Shown here piece by piece: positions 59,655 to 64,000 of a stretch of DNA of 64,000 nt (positions within the stretch are counted from its first letter, which is position 1; every line of letters starts with the position of its first letter). The position numbers were made by a program, and so were the translations under genes. The DNA comes from a bacterium (GTDB taxonomy: Bacteria > Patescibacteriota > Andersenbacteria > UBA10190 > CAIZMI01). Under the pieces are notes generated by a model. It was not told the origin of the DNA, did not search any database, and saw nothing but the letters and a program-made list of their open reading frames with translations. The stretch spans positions 1,467-65,466 of the forward strand of contig JAUSJG010000008.1 of NCBI GenBank assembly GCA_030647555.1, read 5' to 3'.

Positions 59655-60719
59655 TTAAATCAAACTTCTTGTTTTTAACGCGCTGACTAATTCCGCAAAA
59701 ACCGTATCGACAGGTATCGTGGCAACGCAACTTTTGTCGGATTGTCGGCCTGGTTCTTGCCAGGATCGAAATTTGGCAGATTTGGCTTCAGTAGAAGAAA
59801 GATTCTTGCAAGGTTTTTCGCGTTTAAGAAAACATGGTTCATTGCATGTCGGTCCTCCGATTGTAACATGGTATTTCTTGGGGTCAGATATATGCGGATT
59901 CAGGAAGAAACTTGGCGCGGCACGATGTAATGGTTGCCCACCGTAGAGACAAATTGTCTGCAGTCTTGCTGAAGCGGCAAAATGCAACGGGGCGCTCATA
60001 ACACCAATACCGATATCGCAAGAGCCGGCGAATGCGATATTTTCGCGTAGCGTTAATCCTCGGTCATCATATGTTTTAGGATATTTCGCACCAAACCAAA
60101 TTGGTGTAATTCCTAATTCGTTTTTAATTTTATTCTCCAGTTGAGCTGTTTTTTCCGGATCCCAACCGCGCATTGTTTGGCCGTTGATGCTTTCCAGAAA
60201 AACAATCCGGGGTCCGGGAAATTGTTCCGCGACTCTTTTGCCGACTTTCCAATCTTCTTCCGACCCGTAAAATGGGTAATTTCCGTAAGAAATATTTTTA
60301 AGTCCAAGGTGTTCAAAAACTTTTTCTACCGGATTATCAAAAATTCCTAAACCGAAATCCAGTTCGGCGACCAAATCGTAATTTTTTTTTACGGACTCAT
60401 AATGTTTGGGACTCCATGTTGGGTAAGATTTTCCGCCTTCAACGCAAATGGCGCCTTCAAGGGACAATTTTTTATCGTGCCAATGAATCAGATGATCGAT
60501 ATGTGGATTTTCTTGCATCAGGGCGATACAGAAACCGTCTTGATTTCTCTCGCCCCAACGCCCTTTTTTGTCTTTATAACCCCAGGCGGTGACTAGAGTG
60601 ATTTCCGCCTCCGGATATTGTTGTGCTAAAACTTCCAAGGCCGGACCAACTAAAAAAAGGTGGTCGCCCATATTGCCAACGTGTTTAAGTAAAATTTTCC
60701 GCGGTGAATTTTCCAGCAT
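59655..60719 (-). CDS. Divergent GT9 glycosyltransferase
   Basis: NMGDHL, NPHID, SAPLHFA and a Cys-rich C-terminus. Confidence 0.75.
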   Translation of the reverse strand: MLENSPRKILLKHVGNMGDHLFLVGPALEVLAQQYPEAEITLVTAWGYKDKKGRWGERNQDGFCIALMQENPHIDHLIHWHDKKLSLEGAICVEGGKSYPTWSPKHYESVKKNYDLVAELDFGLGIFDNPVEKVFEHLGLKNISYGNYPFYGSEEDWKVGKRVAEQFPGPRIVFLESINGQTMRGWDPEKTAQLENKIKNELGITPIWFGAKYPKTYDDRGLTLRENIAFAGSCDIGIGVMSAPLHFAASARLQTICLYGGQPLHRAAPSFFLNPHISDPKKYHVTIGGPTCNEPCFLKREKPCKNLSSTEAKSAKFRSWQEPGRQSDKSCVATIPVDTVFAELVSALKTRSLI

Positions 60720-60720
60720 A

Positions 60721-61884
60721 TTATTTTTCCACAAGTACGTTATTCACCCAATGAAATTCGGGGAAGTTTTGAACTTCATCTTTCTTGATTAAATCGACGA
60801 GTTTTGTAAAACGCGTCACGGTGTTTTCAAAATTGTAAGAAAGAATACGGTGTCGGGCGCGTTCGGTTGTCTCGCTGTAAAAAGAATTATCACCCAATAG
60901 GTGCGTACCAAGCTTGATTGCTGTGTGAAAATCTTCTACGTCACGCACCATAAGTTCCGGAAAAAGTTCCGTTTGCGCGTCGCTGGGGCCACCAATTGAA
61001 GCCGTGCCCACCGCGGCGCAGTCTGCTTGCACCCGTCCGCGTGTCCACCACGTATCCATATTTAACACAATTTTTACTCCGGCCAAATATGGCAGATATT
61101 GGCGCCACGGACGGAAGGGAACGATCTCGTGGATGGTGCCTTTGAGTAGTTGGGTGTTTAACGGCGAATCGGGCGTGGCAGTAACGTGAATAATACTGTC
61201 GCGGAATTGGCGTTGAATTTCTTTGGCCGCCAGATGGCCGGCTAAAATATCCGGACGGGAAGTTTCCCCGGCGATAAAAATAATCGATTCTTTGTCTGCC
61301 GGTTCGCGCCAAGATTTTTGGGCATATTCGGCCGGGTAGGGTTGGGGAATATAAACGACAGGTGTTTTCGTAAGTGATTGTTGGTAGGGAACTGTCGCTC
61401 GCACAATCGAAAGAACGGCATGGCAGGAGTTGTAAAATTCAATTAAAGAAGAAAGATGTTCCGCGCCTGAACGCCACTGATCGCGCAATTGTCCGAATGG
61501 TTGCGTTGGTACGCCGACAATCACCATTGCCGGATATGTTGCACGCAAGCGTTTCACGAACTTCGCGAGCTCGTTGCCGCGTTTCCAGTCGTACACAACT
61601 AACAATGTGTCAAAATTTTTGAAATAACCAAGAGAATAATTTCCCCAGGTGGCGAGTAGTCGCCAATGCAAACGTTGGTACAAACCTTGCAAAACATTTC
61701 CATCCAGTTGTCCTAAAATTGCACCAGTGAGGGGAACATGTTGTCCATTAAAGGCTGTTGTGTAAGAACCAAAAGAAGTGGGATCGATTTCGGAAAGCGG
61801 ATCGCCAAGATAGTTAGGATGTTCTTCGGAAGGAATCCAAATTTTATGGCTTTTAGTGGTGTATTCTACGCAGGCAAATTTCAT
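60721..61884 (-). CDS. Putative GT-B glycosyltransferase
   Basis: TRGRVQADCAAVG resembles a GT C-terminal motif; lies in the glycan operon. Confidence 0.6.
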   Translation of the reverse strand: MKFACVEYTTKSHKIWIPSEEHPNYLGDPLSEIDPTSFGSYTTAFNGQHVPLTGAILGQLDGNVLQGLYQRLHWRLLATWGNYSLGYFKNFDTLLVVYDWKRGNELAKFVKRLRATYPAMVIVGVPTQPFGQLRDQWRSGAEHLSSLIEFYNSCHAVLSIVRATVPYQQSLTKTPVVYIPQPYPAEYAQKSWREPADKESIIFIAGETSRPDILAGHLAAKEIQRQFRDSIIHVTATPDSPLNTQLLKGTIHEIVPFRPWRQYLPYLAGVKIVLNMDTWWTRGRVQADCAAVGTASIGGPSDAQTELFPELMVRDVEDFHTAIKLGTHLLGDNSFYSETTERARHRILSYNFENTVTRFTKLVDLIKKDEVQNFPEFHWVNNVLVEK

Positions 61885-61899
61885 AGGATTGAGTTAAAA

Positions 61900-63486
61900 T
61901 TATTTTCGCTTAATTGCATAATACATTATTTCGCGAATTGTGCTGAATTCCGGCACGCGCAGCACATAGGCGGTAACTAAATAGGCCGTTAAGCCGAAAG
62001 TCGCACTACCCAGAATTGTCACGATATCGTTGGTAATGCCTGAAGTGAGTCCGCTGAAAATATGGCGACCCAGATAGGTGCCGGCAAACAGAACCGCACC
62101 GCTGATTAGTATTTTAAATAAACTGGTATCGGCAAAAATTGTCCAAAGATGCGGGACGCGTTTTGAAAGCCAGATCGCGTAAAGCGACGTTAAGATAAAC
62201 GGCGAAATCGCGGAACCTAATGCCAGTCCTTTTACACCTAACCGCGGAGCAAACACGTAAAAAAGTACCATGGTTAAACATTGCGTAATTATTGTGACAA
62301 CAACAGAAACGCGCGTCACTTTCATCGCGAGCGCAAGGTGACCGAGCAGTGAACTTAAGCCGTTTGCTAGAAGACCGAGTAAAAGAATTCCCAAAACGGC
62401 GGAGGTCATGCCCGTATCGATGGTGGTGAAAGAACCGCGTTCGTAAAGTAAACGAATGACGTTGGTGCGAAGAAGAACGATACCAATTGTAAGCGGAATG
62501 CCGAAGAAAACCATAAAACGAAACGCTTGTTTTGTTGTTTTTACAATCTCACTTTCCAAACCCGTGGCGACCGCGCGCGAGAAAGCGGGGAACGAAACAA
62601 CAACAATGTTGGCAAGAAAAAGACTGTTGGTCATCTGAGCAATTTTGTCACCAAACTTAAGCGCCGAAAGGGATCCCTCCGGAAAATGGGAAACCAAAAT
62701 GCGATAAACAATTCCCGCGCCTTGCGCGGCGATGATGCTTAAAATAAACGGAGAAACCAAAAGCAGTACTCGAATTAGGTCTGGATCGGTGAAAGAAAGA
62801 GTTGGGCGATAGGGCACGCCTTCACGATAAAGTGCCCAAAGAATTAATGATAATTGTAAGAGCCCGCCGATGAGCGCGCCAAACGCCAAAACGATAATGC
62901 CGTAGCGATCGGTCAAAAAGACGACGAAGAAAAAAGAAAGAAGTGGAGAAATGAGGCGCGCTGCCGCCGGCAAACCGAAAATGTGCAACGAATTAAGCAT
63001 TGATGCGCCTAAGTCTAAAAGCATCGTAAAAAAGAAGGCGGGCAACATGACGCGTAAAATTTCCACCGTGACGTGGTGTACCTCCGGCGAAAAACCGGGA
63101 GCAATAAATGAAACAATCGGATTGATAAACAATTCCAAGATAATCAAGGCGACCGTAAAAATAATCGCCGAGACATTAAATAAATTATTCGCCAGTTTCC
63201 AGGCGCGGTCCTGCTGGCCACCGGTTAAATATTCGACAAAAATGGGCAAAAAAACGGAAGTGATAGATCCACCGAGTAAAATTTTCGCCAAAAGTTCGGA
63301 AGTTCCCTGCGCCATAAAATAGGCGTCCGTACTACCGGAAGCGCCGAATTTATAGGCAATGGAAAGTTGCAGCAAAAAGCCCGCCAAAAGCGCTCCAACA
63401 GTAGAGATGCCGATGGCACCGCCCGCCCGCGCCGCCTTGAAAAGCGGGGGCGGTTTTATGACTGATTCCGTTGTGCGTGAATCCAT
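61900..63486 (-). CDS. murJ: MurJ/MviN-family flippase
   Basis: FGAS..TDAYFMA, FLPIF, APGF and LYERGSF motifs; about 14 TM helices. Confidence 0.88.
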   Translation of the reverse strand: MDSRTTESVIKPPPLFKAARAGGAIGISTVGALLAGFLLQLSIAYKFGASGSTDAYFMAQGTSELLAKILLGGSITSVFLPIFVEYLTGGQQDRAWKLANNLFNVSAIIFTVALIILELFINPIVSFIAPGFSPEVHHVTVEILRVMLPAFFFTMLLDLGASMLNSLHIFGLPAAARLISPLLSFFFVVFLTDRYGIIVLAFGALIGGLLQLSLILWALYREGVPYRPTLSFTDPDLIRVLLLVSPFILSIIAAQGAGIVYRILVSHFPEGSLSALKFGDKIAQMTNSLFLANIVVVSFPAFSRAVATGLESEIVKTTKQAFRFMVFFGIPLTIGIVLLRTNVIRLLYERGSFTTIDTGMTSAVLGILLLGLLANGLSSLLGHLALAMKVTRVSVVVTIITQCLTMVLFYVFAPRLGVKGLALGSAISPFILTSLYAIWLSKRVPHLWTIFADTSLFKILISGAVLFAGTYLGRHIFSGLTSGITNDIVTILGSATFGLTAYLVTAYVLRVPEFSTIREIMYYAIKRK

Positions 63487-63560
63487 GAGTAACTGTTGAA
63501 TAGAATAGCCCAAAAAGGCCCAAAAGTCTATTGAATTAAGGCTTGTTTTGAGTGTTTTTT

Positions 63561-63843
63561 GGGTCACACGCAATAGTGGGATACTGGAATAAACAGAATT
63601 AGCGTCAAACCACAGAAGACGGCGTCGTTACCCTCCTTTTTCAAATTGCACACGCTTTGGCGGTGTTTCGCCGATGCTCAAAGGGCGAGGGTGGATTAAG
63701 TTAAAAAACTGCGATGTTCTTATTGTCACAATCCCTCCCCGCCTTTAGTCCATCAGGGCAACACCGCCGAAGTGTGTGCAACCTTTAAATAAAGGGAGGA
63801 ATTGCTGTGTTTACCTCAAATGACCCACTATTGCGTGTGATCC
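63561..63843. mobile_element. MITE, 283 bp, second copy (inverted relative to 1551-1802)
   Basis: TIR GGGTCACACGCAATAGTGGG / CCCACTATTGCGTGTGATCC; TSD TGTTTTTT at 63553-63560 and 63844-63851. Confidence 0.92.
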
Positions 63844-63866
63844 TGTTTTTTTGGTAAAAAATGTTC

Positions 63867-64000
63867 TCATTCTTTTTTGTTGGCAGGATTGGAAATTTCG
63901 ATGATCTTATTATTTTCCGGCATGTATTTGAAAAGGTAGGTTTTTTCATCAATGTCTTTTGGAATAATATCCGTATAGGCGACGCGAATCGAAGCATCGC
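63867..64000 (-). CDS. C-terminal end of a gene running off the window
   Basis: Open frame ...DASIRVAYTDIIPKDIDEKTYLFKYMPENNKIIEISNPANKKE* (TGA at 63867-63869). Confidence 0.55.
   Translation of the reverse strand, partial: DASIRVAYTDIIPKDIDEKTYLFKYMPENNKIIEISNPANKKE

Noticed and set aside
63785-63997. 70-aa ORF from the track
   Set aside because: It runs into the MITE; a different frame ending at 63867 looks more gene-like.

Overview
This is a gene-dense, AT-rich bacterial chromosome segment using the standard code (TGA is used as stop). Short AtpH, housekeeping genes lacking Shine-Dalgarno motifs and many ORFans suggest a Patescibacteria/CPR genome (inference). It carries mraZ-rsmH-ftsL-ftsI, tRNA-Glu(CTC), typA, a complete F1Fo ATP synthase operon, a MacAB-type exporter, znuACB, rmuC, gdhA, and about 25 kb of surface-glycan genes (GT2/GT4/GT9, CDP-sugar epimerase, NeuA/NeuB, MurJ). 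The most striking signal is non-coding. (1) A family of inverted-repeat cassettes has arms made of 4 tandem 7-nt units (TATATAG-like). Seven copies enclose a short, mostly unrelated core of nearly fixed length, one is a solo arm, and one encloses a four-helix-bundle (23S-IVP/Avd-like) gene whose ATG and TAA are supplied by the arms. Two more heptamer-armed palindrome families and several solo heptamer arrays sit at gene junctions. (2) Two copies of a MITE have 20-bp TIRs and 8-bp target duplications, and one splits a gene. (3) A duplicated tRNA-Glu fragment has two hairpins inserted in its T-loop. (4) Candidate structured RNAs lie at 52.5-53.1 kb. Many REP-like hairpin families are also present, some nested or translated in frame. 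No transposase, integrase, reverse transcriptase or CRISPR array is visible in the window.
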